Origin: an uncultured delta proteobacterium
GTDB lineage: Bacteria; Desulfobacterota; Binatia; UBA9968
DNA: 64,000 nucleotides
Direction: 5' to 3'
Assembly: GCA_963737905.1 (NCBI GenBank)
Contig: CAVTUQ010000001.1
Span: 74,066 to 138,065 of the forward strand
This document shows, in pieces, positions 21,093-31,032 of this stretch. Position numbers and translations under genes: made by a program. Numbering within the stretch: position 1 is the stretch's first letter; each line of letters opens with the position of its first letter. The notes beneath the pieces are model-generated. The model was not told the DNA's origin. It did not search any database and worked only from the letters and a program-made list of their open reading frames with translations.

Positions 21093-21719
21093 CTAGCGCG
21101 TCCGGAGCGTGATCAGATCAGATCGTGTCATGGTCACGTTATGTCGGTAGCCAAAGCTCGTAAATAGAGAAAAGGTCTGAAGGACCTCCTTTTCATCTTT
21201 CTGCGCCGTGCAATCCATCGGCACGTAGACGTGGTAATCGCGTACGCTTAAAGCCATCACGACGCTCTGGACGCAGTTGCGAGTCGAGATGCCGGTGACA
21301 ATGATGCGACCTTCACCTGGACGGATCCCGAAGCGCACCAGAAGAGCATCCATTTCGGTCTGATAGAAGCAATCATGGGTCCGCTTCACGATCAGAGGCT
21401 CGTCATCGGCGGGTTTCAGTTCGTCGATCAGCTCCGCTCCCCAACTCCCTTCCAGCTTACGAACCGTGTTTTTGAAAACCGTGAACTCGAGCGCATCCGG
21501 CGATCGCACAGATTGCGTGTGGATGACCCGCCCGCCAGCATGCCGCACTCTTTCCCGAAGCTCCCGAATCTTTGGGATGATCCGCCGCACCGGTTCCCCA
21601 ATGTAAAGCGCTCCGTTCGGATGCGCGTTCTCATTCTCCATGTCGATGATCACCAGCAGTGTCTTCTCTGCTTCTAACTCGATCGGAACCGGTTCGGGGT
21701 AATCAAGGTCAATTAGCAT
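21093..21719 (-). CDS. Isochorismatase-family cysteine hydrolase
   Basis: LLVIIDMEN (Asp), IVKRTHDCF (Lys), TGISTRNCV (Cys). Confidence 0.88.
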   Translation of the reverse strand: MLIDLDYPEPVPIELEAEKTLLVIIDMENENAHPNGALYIGEPVRRIIPKIRELRERVRHAGGRVIHTQSVRSPDALEFTVFKNTVRKLEGSWGAELIDELKPADDEPLIVKRTHDCFYQTEMDALLVRFGIRPGEGRIIVTGISTRNCVQSVVMALSVRDYHVYVPMDCTAQKDEKEVLQTFSLFTSFGYRHNVTMTRSDLITLRTR

Positions 21720-21764
21720 GGCATTACTGTTAGAGCCTTTAGCTTGGATTATTCACACAGGGGT

Positions 21765-21940
21765 GACCGAGGAGCGAGCCTCTCCGGTCGCGGGCAATGG
21801 GCCTGTACCTTGGGAGGGCCGCAAACTGGGTGGCGGATCGCAGGGCCGAGGAACAAACGCAAGCTCATAGCCAAGCCTCCTAATAGTCATTGCAGCTTTA
21901 CCCTCGTGTGCCCGCTCGCTTCGAGGCTCGCTCCTCGGTC
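21765..21940. repeat. Intergenic element with 18-bp perfect inverted repeats
   Basis: GACCGAGGAGCGAGCCTC (21765-21782) and GAGGCTCGCTCCTCGGTC (21923-21940). Confidence 0.75.
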
Positions 21941-22247
21941 TTCAGTATTTCGTGTCTTTCTTGAATCCATGAGTATTCCAGGCTAGGAAACCGATTGGGT
22001 TCATCGCGCAAATCAGTGCTTAAACTGTTTCACCATCCCCCTGTTGGGACAATAAGTATGCGTCTGATGATCGATGATTTCGGAAGAGTCCCACCGGCTT
22101 TGATCGGTGGTCGCTCCCGAGCTTAGTCCCGCAGCGAGGACGACGGCCAAAATTTCGAAGAGGCTTGAAAATCGACTCATCGATTGCCTCGGGCGTTGTT
22201 GTCTCCCGGTAGATCAAACCTTGGAACGCTTAACACAGCGGTCGATC

Positions 22248-23567
22248 TCAGACAATGCTTTTCGGCTCATGACTCTCAGGCGACGGCACCGGCGAGTTGG
22301 CATTGCCGATCATTCCCTTTGCCAGCGGACGGCGAGCCAAAGATAGTAGCAGGGCTGAAATCAAATAGTTTCCAAAGAAAATCGCAAAAATGGTTTGATA
22401 GTTACCGGTGAAGTCGAAGGCCATGCCGGCAAATAGCGGACCGAGACCCAAGCCGCCTTTGTGGAATGGATCGAGAACGCTGCTGATAGCGCCATAGGAA
22501 CGGCGGCCAAAATAACGCGCCAAGAGAATCTGCGTCAGCACCGCGGCGCCCCTGGCACCGAGGCCAAAAAGCAACGCAAAGAGGTATGCGGCAACGAGGC
22601 CTCTCACTTGCGTTAACAAAGCGACGGCGACCGCCGCGATCAGCATGGCCGCGACGCTGAGCCGACGCGGGTGCATTCGTTCACCTAAAGCGCCCCATAG
22701 TCCGTTGCCCATGGCGCCCGATAGAGCCATAACGCTCAGCGCTCCTGCAGCTAGTCCCGGCCTAATCTGGTTATCGGTAAAATAGGCGACCGTGTGAAAG
22801 GCGATGCCGCCCGTGCCGAGGGAAGCGAGAAAGGTGCTCGCCACCAGCAACCAAAGCGTGCTCGTCCGCATCGCATCCGCGCGCGTCCAACCCGGTTCCG
22901 CCACGCCTTTTTGTGGCTCCCGCCGGGGCGAGGGCGGGCCGCCGCAGGTAGGCACGGCCGAAAGCCCATCGGGAGCGAGACCGAGATCTTCCGGTTGCCG
23001 GCGCAGGAAAATCGCCCCGGGTAACACCACCAAAACCCAAAGCGAAATTCCAAGCGCCAAAAATGCGCCGCGCCAGCCGTAATGGTCGACAAAAAATTGA
23101 TAGACCAGAGAGAGAGCCGACGCCCCGAGCGGGACCGACATGGCGACCAAGCCCATCGCTCTCGGCCGTTTGATGGAGAACCAATTCGCCACGGCCGTGA
23201 ACGGAACGATGCCGCACAAGAGAAATTCCGTGAGCGCGCGGGCCGGAACGAAAGTCGCGTAAAACTGCCATGGCTCCGTGCTCAAACCAACACCGATAGC
23301 AAGCGAGCCCACCAACGCGCCGCCCGCCGGCAGCAGCAACCGGGGCCCGAGCCGGTCGGCGATCGGTCCGAAAAACGGTGAAAGGGCCCCGCCTGAAATC
23401 GCCCCCGCCGTAATCGCCGCTGCGGTGAGCGCGCGGCTCCAGCCAAGATCATCGCTGATCGGCTTCAATACTACGGCCATGGTGACATTACTGACGCCCG
23501 CGGAAAAAAAGCCTGCGACCATCGAAATCGCGACAATAATCCAGCCGTAGAAGAAAGGCGGTGTCAC
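22248..23567 (-). CDS. MFS transporter (monocarboxylate/OFA-like)
   Basis: FFYGWIIV, GPIADRLGPR motif A, WFSIKRPRAMG, YFGRRSYG; about 12 hydrophobic helices. Confidence 0.9.
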   Translation of the reverse strand: MTPPFFYGWIIVAISMVAGFFSAGVSNVTMAVVLKPISDDLGWSRALTAAAITAGAISGGALSPFFGPIADRLGPRLLLPAGGALVGSLAIGVGLSTEPWQFYATFVPARALTEFLLCGIVPFTAVANWFSIKRPRAMGLVAMSVPLGASALSLVYQFFVDHYGWRGAFLALGISLWVLVVLPGAIFLRRQPEDLGLAPDGLSAVPTCGGPPSPRREPQKGVAEPGWTRADAMRTSTLWLLVASTFLASLGTGGIAFHTVAYFTDNQIRPGLAAGALSVMALSGAMGNGLWGALGERMHPRRLSVAAMLIAAVAVALLTQVRGLVAAYLFALLFGLGARGAAVLTQILLARYFGRRSYGAISSVLDPFHKGGLGLGPLFAGMAFDFTGNYQTIFAIFFGNYLISALLLSLARRPLAKGMIGNANSPVPSPESHEPKSIV

Positions 23568-23600
23568 AGGCTCGCTGCTGATCGCGGATGATTTAGGTTC

Positions 23601-23744
23601 CTAGTGAACTGTAACACTTGATTCGCGTCTAAGTTCGAAGAACCCTTCGACAGGCTCAGGGTGAACGGTCAAGGCACGAGCCGTTCGTGGTGAGGTTCTC
23701 GAACCATGAACGGCGAACGCTATGTAGCTGTTACAGTTCACTAG
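23601..23744. mobile_element. MITE-like element enclosing REP-like hairpins
   Basis: 16-bp perfect inverted repeats CTAGTGAACTGTAACA / TGTTACAGTTCACTAG; internal CCCTTCGACAGGCTCAGGGTGAACGG and CCGTTCGTGG...CCATGAACGG. Confidence 0.75.
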
Positions 23745-23752
23745 ATTCTGGT

Positions 23753-24607
23753 TTAGGCTTCTTTTAGATGATCCTGCCAGACGTGATTCGGCTTGAAACC
23801 AAGCATCCGGCGCGCCTTCGCCGAATCCACGCAACTCCAGTGTGTCCCGGATACTTTTTTTATTTTTGCGCCCTTCGGCAAAAACTTCCTGATCAGTTCC
23901 AAAGTCGGTTGTGTCATGCAGTTGTTCGGCGCCGACGCGATAAAAACTTCGTGCCCGCGAAAATTGGCTTGCAACGCCAACCGGCACGTCATCGCCGCAT
24001 CCCGCGCATCGATGTAAGTCCAGAAGCCGCTCGCCCGCGTTGCCGGGTTTCGCCAGCGCTCCCTAAAACTCTCGTAGGACAGATCAAAGTTTACTCCCGG
24101 AAAGCGCAGGCTGCAGACGGTCATGTCCTTATGCAGGGTCACTAAAGATTCGGCGATTTGCTCGCCGATCACTTTGGAAAGGCCGTAGGAGTCTTGCGGC
24201 TTCGAAGGATGACCTTCATCGAGCGGCAAATAATCGGGTGGCCAGAGTTTTTTTGCATAGATGAAACCAAATGCGGCGGTGCTCGAAGCGATGACGACTT
24301 TTTTTACTCCGAGATCCGCCGCGGCACGGAGAACATTGTAGGTCGATGTCACGTTGTTTCCGAATGTCTCCGCGTCCGGCGCGAGATTGGGCGCTTGATA
24401 GGCGCCGAGATGGACGATCCCGTAAGCGCTTTTGAGCGCCTCGAAGAGATCTCCGGCGTGACGCAAATCGGCAAGCCAGCTCTGACACAACTTCTCTCGG
24501 GGCGGAACTCGGTCGAGGCTAAGAACTTCGTAGCGGTGCGCGATCAGCTCGCGAATAACAAACTGGCCCAGTTTACCGCTGCCACCCGTGACTACGATTC
24601 TTTTCAT
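23753..24607 (-). CDS. NAD-dependent epimerase/dehydratase (extended SDR)
   Basis: VVTGGSGKLG, ASS, YGLSK catalytic motif. Confidence 0.9.
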   Translation of the reverse strand: MKRIVVTGGSGKLGQFVIRELIAHRYEVLSLDRVPPREKLCQSWLADLRHAGDLFEALKSAYGIVHLGAYQAPNLAPDAETFGNNVTSTYNVLRAAADLGVKKVVIASSTAAFGFIYAKKLWPPDYLPLDEGHPSKPQDSYGLSKVIGEQIAESLVTLHKDMTVCSLRFPGVNFDLSYESFRERWRNPATRASGFWTYIDARDAAMTCRLALQANFRGHEVFIASAPNNCMTQPTLELIRKFLPKGAKIKKVSGTHWSCVDSAKARRMLGFKPNHVWQDHLKEA

Positions 24608-24677
24608 CTCATTTGCTCGTTTTCTTTCTTGGCTATTTTGTGCCTTGGGCAAATTGTTGAAGTCTCTCCTTACCCTC

Positions 24678-24750
24678 TGTTCAACATTCAAGATTCAAAG
24701 ATCAAGGTATGGAACAGAAACGTTGAACATTGAACTTTGAACTCTTGAAC
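24678..24750. repeat. Short TTCAA/TTGAAC periodic repeats in inverted arrangement
   Basis: GTTCAACATTCAAGATTCAA ... TTGAACATTGAACTTTGAACTCTTGAAC; related octamers GTTCAANN at 42833-42864. Confidence 0.6.
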
Positions 24751-24803
24751 AGGGATCGTTTTCGTCCCCAAGACCTCATACCAATTCTGATTCCCGGTGA
24801 TCT

Positions 24804-25013
24804 CTAGCGCTTCGGTACGAGAATATCCTCCAACTTAGCGATGAGCGAAGGATTCAGCTCGTACAAACCCGTGAAAGTCTTAGCCGTGGTCGGTCCGACG
24901 ATGAAAGTAATAATTTCGCCTTTGTAGAATTCTTGCGCGGAGACAGATCGGAAACTGATGATCGCCGCTGCCGCGATGACAATGACCGGCAAGATTTTAA
25001 TTCTCTTGATCAT
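24804..25013 (-). pseudogene. Internally deleted Bug/TctC-type binding protein
   Basis: Signal peptide and AQEFYKGEIITFIVG are fused directly to a C-terminal-like LYELNPSLIAKLEDILVPK. Confidence 0.6.
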
Positions 25014-25141
25014 GACGATATGATCACTTATTTCCGCGTACGAACTCAGAAAAGAAACTTCTGGTTCGTTATCGTCCGGTTTTTCCCTCACGGAATCATG
25101 CAATCAGTATAGCCGAGAAGGTCGGAGGCGGTGGAGAAAAA

Positions 25142-26182
25142 CTACTTTTCCAACAGCTTCTTCATCCGTTCGATAACCTCCGGGGGTTGAACCATAATAT
25201 CTTTCGATACGGCCTCTAGCTCCTCACCGCTCAGGAGATCCAAATCCCATTTCCTTTTCTGGGCGTCGGCGAGCAGCGCCGGGTCGCTCATCGTTTTCGT
25301 AAAGGCCTCGCGGAAAATCTTGATCCGCTCAGCCGGCATTCCTGGTGGACCCATAAATGGACGGCCGAGATCGCCGGAGGAGAGCAGTACTTTAGCCAAC
25401 CGCTTCGTTGCATCGGGCGACTTATATTTTTCCATCAGCTCATAGATGGTTGGAACGTCCGGCAACTTTGGATAACGCTTGGCTCCGCTTTGGGCCAGGG
25501 CACGAACAAATCCGTTCTTGATCCACGTCCGTGTGGGTTCACGACCCACATAAGCGGAAACGGTTCCAGCGCGGCATTGCACTTCCCCTTTCTCGATGGC
25601 GAGGTTCATTTCGCCGCCGCCGCCGTAACCGACCACCATGTGAAGCTTGACTCCCAACCCCTCCTCAAGCAGCTTCGGTAAGAAATAGCCCAGCCCAGCG
25701 CGCGCCAACGACGCACACCTTGGCGGGTCCGTAGCGGTGCGTAACTCGTCCAAAGTCTTATACGGGACGTCCGAGCGAATAAATAAAACCTGATCGATCC
25801 GTTCCGGGGAGCCGATCCAGGAAAATTTCGGCCAGTCGAACTTCACTTCCTTCGATCCTAGAAGCTGATCGATGTAGATGGCAGGGTTGATGAGCCCGAG
25901 GGTCAACCCGTCGGGCTTGGCGACGTTATAAACATAGTTCGCCGCAATCACGGTCCCGGCACCCGGCATGTTTTGCACCACGATATCGGGATTTCCTGGA
26001 ATGTGTTTGCCCAGATACTGTGCCACAAAGCGCGCCCAGTCGTCTTGGGCCCCTCCTACCGAGTTCCCCACCACGAGCCTGATGGCCTTGCCTTTAAAAG
26101 ACTCATCCGACGCCGCAGGCGCAACGCTGGAGAGCAGGGCAAACCCGAATAAGAAAGATACGCAAAAAAGGATTCTTTTCAT
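25142..26182 (-). CDS. Tripartite tricarboxylate transporter substrate-binding protein (Bug/TctC)
   Basis: FKGKAIRLVVG, VVQNMPGAG, AKPDGLTLG, LPDVPT, GPPGMP. Confidence 0.9.
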   Translation of the reverse strand: MKRILFCVSFLFGFALLSSVAPAASDESFKGKAIRLVVGNSVGGAQDDWARFVAQYLGKHIPGNPDIVVQNMPGAGTVIAANYVYNVAKPDGLTLGLINPAIYIDQLLGSKEVKFDWPKFSWIGSPERIDQVLFIRSDVPYKTLDELRTATDPPRCASLARAGLGYFLPKLLEEGLGVKLHMVVGYGGGGEMNLAIEKGEVQCRAGTVSAYVGREPTRTWIKNGFVRALAQSGAKRYPKLPDVPTIYELMEKYKSPDATKRLAKVLLSSGDLGRPFMGPPGMPAERIKIFREAFTKTMSDPALLADAQKRKWDLDLLSGEELEAVSKDIMVQPPEVIERMKKLLEK

Positions 26183-26338
26183 GAGACCTCCCTCATCAAT
26201 CCGCTGGTAGCATGAATGAAACAATCCACTGAGACCCAGCCAGCGCTCAGGCCCAATCGGAGCGTCACTTAATCAAGCCTCCAACCTGGTGTCAAGGCGA
26301 CCAACTCGTTTTGGACCTTGAACTAGAACCTCCACCCG

Positions 26339-27406
26339 CTAAGGCTCTGTTTCCCCTCCCAACCACCTTGCAGCACCGGCGTAGATGTACTGGGTGCCCA
26401 TGTTGACCACCACCACTCGAAACAAGTGGAAGGCGACCACCAATGGCACGCTGATCTGGAGAGCTTGCGCGGTGATCGTCATCTCTGCCAAGCCACCGGG
26501 CGAGGTGGCGAGGATCATGGTAGCGATAGGCAGGTCGAAACCCCAGGCAAGGACCGCAGCGGCCGCCACCGAGGCGATCACGATAAAGAGCGAGTTCAAC
26601 AACGCGAAAGGTATGAACAGTCTGTAGCGGGCAAAGAAGGCGCGCTCGTAACGCGCCCCTAACACCAGGCCGAACATGAGTTGGGCGAAATCCGTCATCC
26701 AGTGCGGCACGGCGGAAAGGTGGATGCCATTCACAGTGAGCGCCGCGCCGAAGAAAATCGGCGCTAGCAGATAGCCATTCTGTAACCGGAGCCGCTCTGA
26801 AACCTCGCCCAACACAAAGCCGAAGGCCAGCCACGGCGCTAGTATCGAGTAATCGAGCGGTACATCCGGCCGGTAGGCAGATCCTACGAGCGGGATGCCG
26901 CCATAGGTCAGCGCCAACGGGATCAGGATGACGACGATGGAGACGCGCAAGCTATGAGCCACTGCAACAGGAGCGACTTGGGCCCCGTAGCGCTCGGCCA
27001 GCACGGCCATCGCCATGGCACCGCCCGGAATCGAGGCGAAGAACGTAGATTTTCCATCAACCCCGGAGGCCCGGCTCAAAGTCAACGCGCCGAGACCGCC
27101 CACCAAGAAAACCGAAACGGTCGCCGCCGCGATCGCAGGTAAGTTGACGGCCAACTCCGCAACGACGGTCGGAGTGAAATAGAGCGACACCGCCGAACCA
27201 ATAATCACCTGACCCATTTGGCGGCCATAAGGGACCGAGTACATTCGCACGCCCATCAGATTGAAGGTCGCGATCGCGATCATCGGCCCGATCATCCAGG
27301 GAATCGGAGTGTGGAGGCGAGCGAACAGAAAGCCCGCCGGGACACCGACCGCGAGCCCCTTCAGGATTGGGGGCAGCCGCTTCCGAAGATTAGTGAACTC
27401 GGTCAT
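26339..27406 (-). CDS. AbrB-family membrane protein (AidB-regulator type, duplicated domain)
   Basis: PIPWMIGPM, FFASIPGGAMAM, SPGGLAEM, FHLFR; two homologous hydrophobic halves. Confidence 0.85.
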   Translation of the reverse strand: MTEFTNLRKRLPPILKGLAVGVPAGFLFARLHTPIPWMIGPMIAIATFNLMGVRMYSVPYGRQMGQVIIGSAVSLYFTPTVVAELAVNLPAIAAATVSVFLVGGLGALTLSRASGVDGKSTFFASIPGGAMAMAVLAERYGAQVAPVAVAHSLRVSIVVILIPLALTYGGIPLVGSAYRPDVPLDYSILAPWLAFGFVLGEVSERLRLQNGYLLAPIFFGAALTVNGIHLSAVPHWMTDFAQLMFGLVLGARYERAFFARYRLFIPFALLNSLFIVIASVAAAAVLAWGFDLPIATMILATSPGGLAEMTITAQALQISVPLVVAFHLFRVVVVNMGTQYIYAGAARWLGGETEP

Positions 27407-27540
27407 TGATGATTGCTGCGACCCGTTGCTGTATGACCGCGGGATCGGACGCCGGAAAATGATTCTAAATCTTATTTAAAACTTCTTTTTTGAGCGAAGA
27501 CGACAGCCGGCCGCTATGCATTTTTTTGGGGACCTTTATA

Positions 27541-27750
27541 CTGCTATGTTTAAAAGCTTTCGCAGCTTGCGCGGATTTTTCAGGTGGTCGATTGTCAGGG
27601 ATACACCAACCGACGAAAGACTTTCTCACCACGAAGATCGCGAAAGACACGAAGATCGGATAACCGAGATGGCATCGAATCAAAAAATGTTTTCTTCCTT
27701 CGTGCTCTTCGTGTGCTCCGTGGTGATATCCAGTTTCCTTGGTTGCGGCC
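27541..27750. repeat. Composite intergenic repeat with long hairpin
   Basis: CACCACGAAGATCGCGAAAGACACGAAG pairs with CTTCGTGCTCTTCGTGTGCTCCGTGGTG; leader AAAAGCTTTCGCAGCTTGCGCGGATTTT recurs at about 30293. Confidence 0.6.
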
Positions 27751-27754
27751 TAGC

Positions 27755-28777
27755 TTATACGGCAGGCGCCAGCCTGTAAAAACGCGCCACGTTGTCATGC
27801 AGCATCTTCTGCTTGGTGCTGTCCGAGAGATCCGTTCTCTCCCGGACGGCCTTGACGGTGTGCGGCCAGTCGCCGTCCCAGTGAGGATAATCGGATGAGT
27901 AAAGCAGCGTATCTTCCAAGCCCCAACGAAGGGAGTCGGGGATAGTTTTTTCTTCGCACTCGACACCGAAATAAATGCGCCCGCCGGTCACGTATTCGCT
28001 CGGCGGCTTGGTGAGATAGGAAGCTTCGTCCGCGCCGCGCTTCTCCACCTCTTCATCGAGGCGGTCCATCATGTACGGCACCCAGCCGATTCCCGATTCA
28101 AGATACGCGATGCTAAGCCGCGGGAACCGCTCGAACACCCCGCCTACGATCGTCGCGATCATCGCCATCATCTGTTCGGCCGGATGGTCGATGGTGTGTG
28201 CCGAGAGAAATTTCCGAAAGCGCTGGCCGCCCAATGAATCGGCAGAAGTGCCCGTGTGAAAGCCAATCCCCACTCCGAGGCTTTCAGCGACGGAGTAAAT
28301 CGGATCGTACAGAACGTCACCGAAGTCGGGCATTTGCGGCATGTAGGTCGGCAGGACTCCGGCCACCGCCGCCCGCTCAGTCACGGCACGCTTGAGTTCG
28401 TCGGCCGCGGCCTTGGGATCCTGCGGTGCCAAAAGCGCGACATATTTGAGGCGCGCGGGGTCCTTCTTGCAGAAGTGGTACATCCAGTCGTTGTAGGCCC
28501 GGGTTACAGCGGTCGCAAAATCACGCTCGTGCAGGTTGCCGACATGCAGTCCCGCCGTCGGGTAGAGCACCATCACATCGATCCCATCCTCGTCCATGGC
28601 CGCTATCTGATCCTCGGGCCCCTCTGGCTTCGCGCCCAGCTTGCCGCGTAAATCACGGTCCCACGCGTCATTGGGGAACAGGTTTCGCCGTTGCCAGCGC
28701 GGCTCTAGGAACTCCCGCATGCCGGCGATGGACTCGCGCACGTGCCCGTCCGCGTCGATCACTTTATAGTTGGCCAT
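27755..28777 (-). CDS. Amidohydrolase_2 family protein
   Basis: IDADGHV, VLYPT, FERFPRL, LESGIGW, SSDYPHWD. Confidence 0.9.
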   Translation of the reverse strand: MANYKVIDADGHVRESIAGMREFLEPRWQRRNLFPNDAWDRDLRGKLGAKPEGPEDQIAAMDEDGIDVMVLYPTAGLHVGNLHERDFATAVTRAYNDWMYHFCKKDPARLKYVALLAPQDPKAAADELKRAVTERAAVAGVLPTYMPQMPDFGDVLYDPIYSVAESLGVGIGFHTGTSADSLGGQRFRKFLSAHTIDHPAEQMMAMIATIVGGVFERFPRLSIAYLESGIGWVPYMMDRLDEEVEKRGADEASYLTKPPSEYVTGGRIYFGVECEEKTIPDSLRWGLEDTLLYSSDYPHWDGDWPHTVKAVRERTDLSDSTKQKMLHDNVARFYRLAPAV

Positions 28778-28836
28778 TTCTCCCTCCTTTATGGGTTACG
28801 TATCGTTCGATGGTCGCTTTGCCAATTGCTTTAACT

Positions 28837-30222
28837 TCATGACGCAATTCTTAAGGGTCGAGTGAGCTTCGTGATGTCATCGAGCTTTTCGACGTTTCGG
28901 ACGCCGTCGATCAACCGTTCCAGTTTTTTCTCGCTAAGTATGATGCGGGTCAGATTTTTTGCCTTTTCTTCCAGCTCCGATGGGCTCATCGGGTTATGCG
29001 GCGTACCCTTGAAGTGAACTACCAACACCGAGGGACGACTTCCATCCTTGAGTGAGAGCGTCACCCGGGCCGCGCGGTCCCATCCCTTCTCTTCGATCTC
29101 GTGATCGACGCGCAGACGAACTTTGCGCATCGTCGCCAGAATTTTCTCATCCGAAATCCGTCTTTCAGTAAAAGACTGCGGATCCTTCGGATCATGGTAG
29201 AGACTCAGCGCGACGCAGAACGGGATGCTGTATTGCGCCGCCATCAAATCTTTCGGCTGGTAAATGGCGTGATGAGTGACCAGTTTTTCGATTCCACCAA
29301 CGGTAATCTCCCGGACGTCCTGCGGCTCAAAGCCATTTTGCTGCGAGAGCTTTTCCAGCCCTTCGATGGGCGCATGAGCATTGATGTGACAGGCGTACCG
29401 TTTGATGCAGATATTGAGAGACTCGAAGTCGCGTCCCAGGCGGTACGTCAGCCGGGAGAGGTTCGGAGAGTCGGAAAAGGCTCGGCAAAATCCTAGCTCA
29501 CCCTCGAGAACGCTATCCGGCCCGGCAAACCCGCGCTGTGCCAAGGAGGCGGCGGTCACGCCTCCTTCCGCGGCTTTTCCCAAGTGAAGACGCTTGATCA
29601 TCGCGCCTTCCTGACAGCGGGAAAATTCCATCAGCCCGCCGCAGTAAGAGCCGGCGATTCCCAGCGCATGAATCATTTTATTTTCGTCGAGACCCAGGAG
29701 ACGTCCGGCCGCCACCGCAGCGCCAAAAGTTCCAGTCAATCCGGGAGCATGGAAGCCGCGTTTTTCGAGAGAATTTCCCGCAGCGACGCCGATGCGACCC
29801 ATAACTTCGCAGGCCGCCACGAAGGCGGTCAGGAAAGCTTTCCCGTTCGCCTTTTGCATTTCTGCCGTCGCGAGGGCTGGGAGAAACGCAGTTGCGCCGG
29901 GGTGTACGCCGGCGCCGGGTTGACGGACGTTGTCCAACTCAAAGGCATGCGCCATTGTTCCATTGGCCAATGCCGCCAGATGCGCCGGCGCGCGCCGGCT
30001 CTCTCCCAATACAGTGGAACGACCCGAGAGACCCTGGTCTTTGACAAACTGAACTACCGTCTGGCTCCAAGGCTTGGTGGAACCGTAAAGAGCCACTGTG
30101 ATTATATCCAGGAGACAGTCCTTCGCTCGGGAAATCACCTCCGGCGGGATATCGCGATAACGAAGATTGACGGCGTAGCGGGCAAGTTGTTTGGTCGCGC
30201 CTGTGCTCACAGCAACCCCCAA
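28837..30222 (-). CDS. MmgE/PrpD family protein
   Basis: ANGTMAHAFELD, HPG, GFH, KRLHLG, KRYACH, AAQYSIPF, KGTPHNP. Start uncertain. Confidence 0.9.
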   Translation of the reverse strand: MGVAVSTGATKQLARYAVNLRYRDIPPEVISRAKDCLLDIITVALYGSTKPWSQTVVQFVKDQGLSGRSTVLGESRRAPAHLAALANGTMAHAFELDNVRQPGAGVHPGATAFLPALATAEMQKANGKAFLTAFVAACEVMGRIGVAAGNSLEKRGFHAPGLTGTFGAAVAAGRLLGLDENKMIHALGIAGSYCGGLMEFSRCQEGAMIKRLHLGKAAEGGVTAASLAQRGFAGPDSVLEGELGFCRAFSDSPNLSRLTYRLGRDFESLNICIKRYACHINAHAPIEGLEKLSQQNGFEPQDVREITVGGIEKLVTHHAIYQPKDLMAAQYSIPFCVALSLYHDPKDPQSFTERRISDEKILATMRKVRLRVDHEIEEKGWDRAARVTLSLKDGSRPSVLVVHFKGTPHNPMSPSELEEKAKNLTRIILSEKKLERLIDGVRNVEKLDDITKLTRPLRIAS

Positions 30223-30289
30223 ATGCGTGCCGTAGAGTGCTTCTCGCCAGCCGATTCGAAGTCAATAAAGCATTCTTGACCCCAAGAAC

Positions 30290-30530
30290 TTAAAAGGTTT
30301 CGCAGCCTGCGCAAATTTTCCGGTGACACGTGGCTATCCAAACGGGGATTTGCTCGAGCCAAGCCTGTCTTGAGCGAAATCGAAGGGACGCCAAGTGACG
30401 GCCAAGGTCCGTCATCCCGAGTGGAGGCGAGGGATCTGGGAAAGATTTCTCCCTTCGGTCGAAATGACAACGCTTTGCGTCTTTACGCGAGATATTCCGA
30501 GTCTTGGTTCCGGCTCTGCGGCGCTAGGTC
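30290..30530. repeat. Composite intergenic REP-like repeat
   Basis: GTCATCCCGAG..CGAGGGATCT..AGATTTCTCCCTTCGGTCGAAATGAC stem-loop; CCTGTCTTGAGCGAAATCGAAGGG; shares its leader with 27541. Confidence 0.6.
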
Positions 30531-30549
30531 CTTTGCGGTTGTTGTCCTC

Positions 30550-30903
30550 CTAGGTTTTCCAGCCCGCTGATAGGTCGACTCTGGTCCCAACGGGGTCGAG
30601 CACGAAGGTCTCGGCGAAGCGACCATCTCTGGGAAGCTCCGCTTTACCGCCGGTGGCGCCGGCGGCGAGCGCCGTCTTAGCGGCGTCCTTAACGTCTTCC
30701 ACCTGCATTCCAAAGTGATAAATTCCCTCGCGGCGGCTTCTCGCCGGCAGCAAAGCTAAATTGATGTGACCATCTGAAACATAAATGGCTTCGCCGTTTT
30801 CGCCGCTGCGCGCGACCTCTTTGAGGCCGAAGGCTGTTTTGTAAAACTCCGCGAGCTTCGCCGGATCCGCGGCGAGAATAGCGATGTGTCCGATCCTTGC
30901 CAT
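30550..30903 (-). CDS. VOC/glyoxalase family protein
   Basis: IGHIAI..DPAKLAEFY, GIYHFGMQVED, DPVGTRVDL; GGAGG upstream. Confidence 0.88.
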   Translation of the reverse strand: MARIGHIAILAADPAKLAEFYKTAFGLKEVARSGENGEAIYVSDGHINLALLPARSRREGIYHFGMQVEDVKDAAKTALAAGATGGKAELPRDGRFAETFVLDPVGTRVDLSAGWKT

Positions 30904-31032
30904 GTACCTGCCCTCCTTTATAGATGAGTCAATACGCTTTCCCCTTTCGGGCAAAGCCCGCCCGATCGGGTCAACCAGGCACAGCATTACAACATCGAAA
31001 GGGTGGTTACAACATGAAACTCGAAAGATCAA

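Noticed and set aside
22020-22240. Possible gene remnant downstream of the MFS gene
   Set aside because: No frame gives a recognisable motif.
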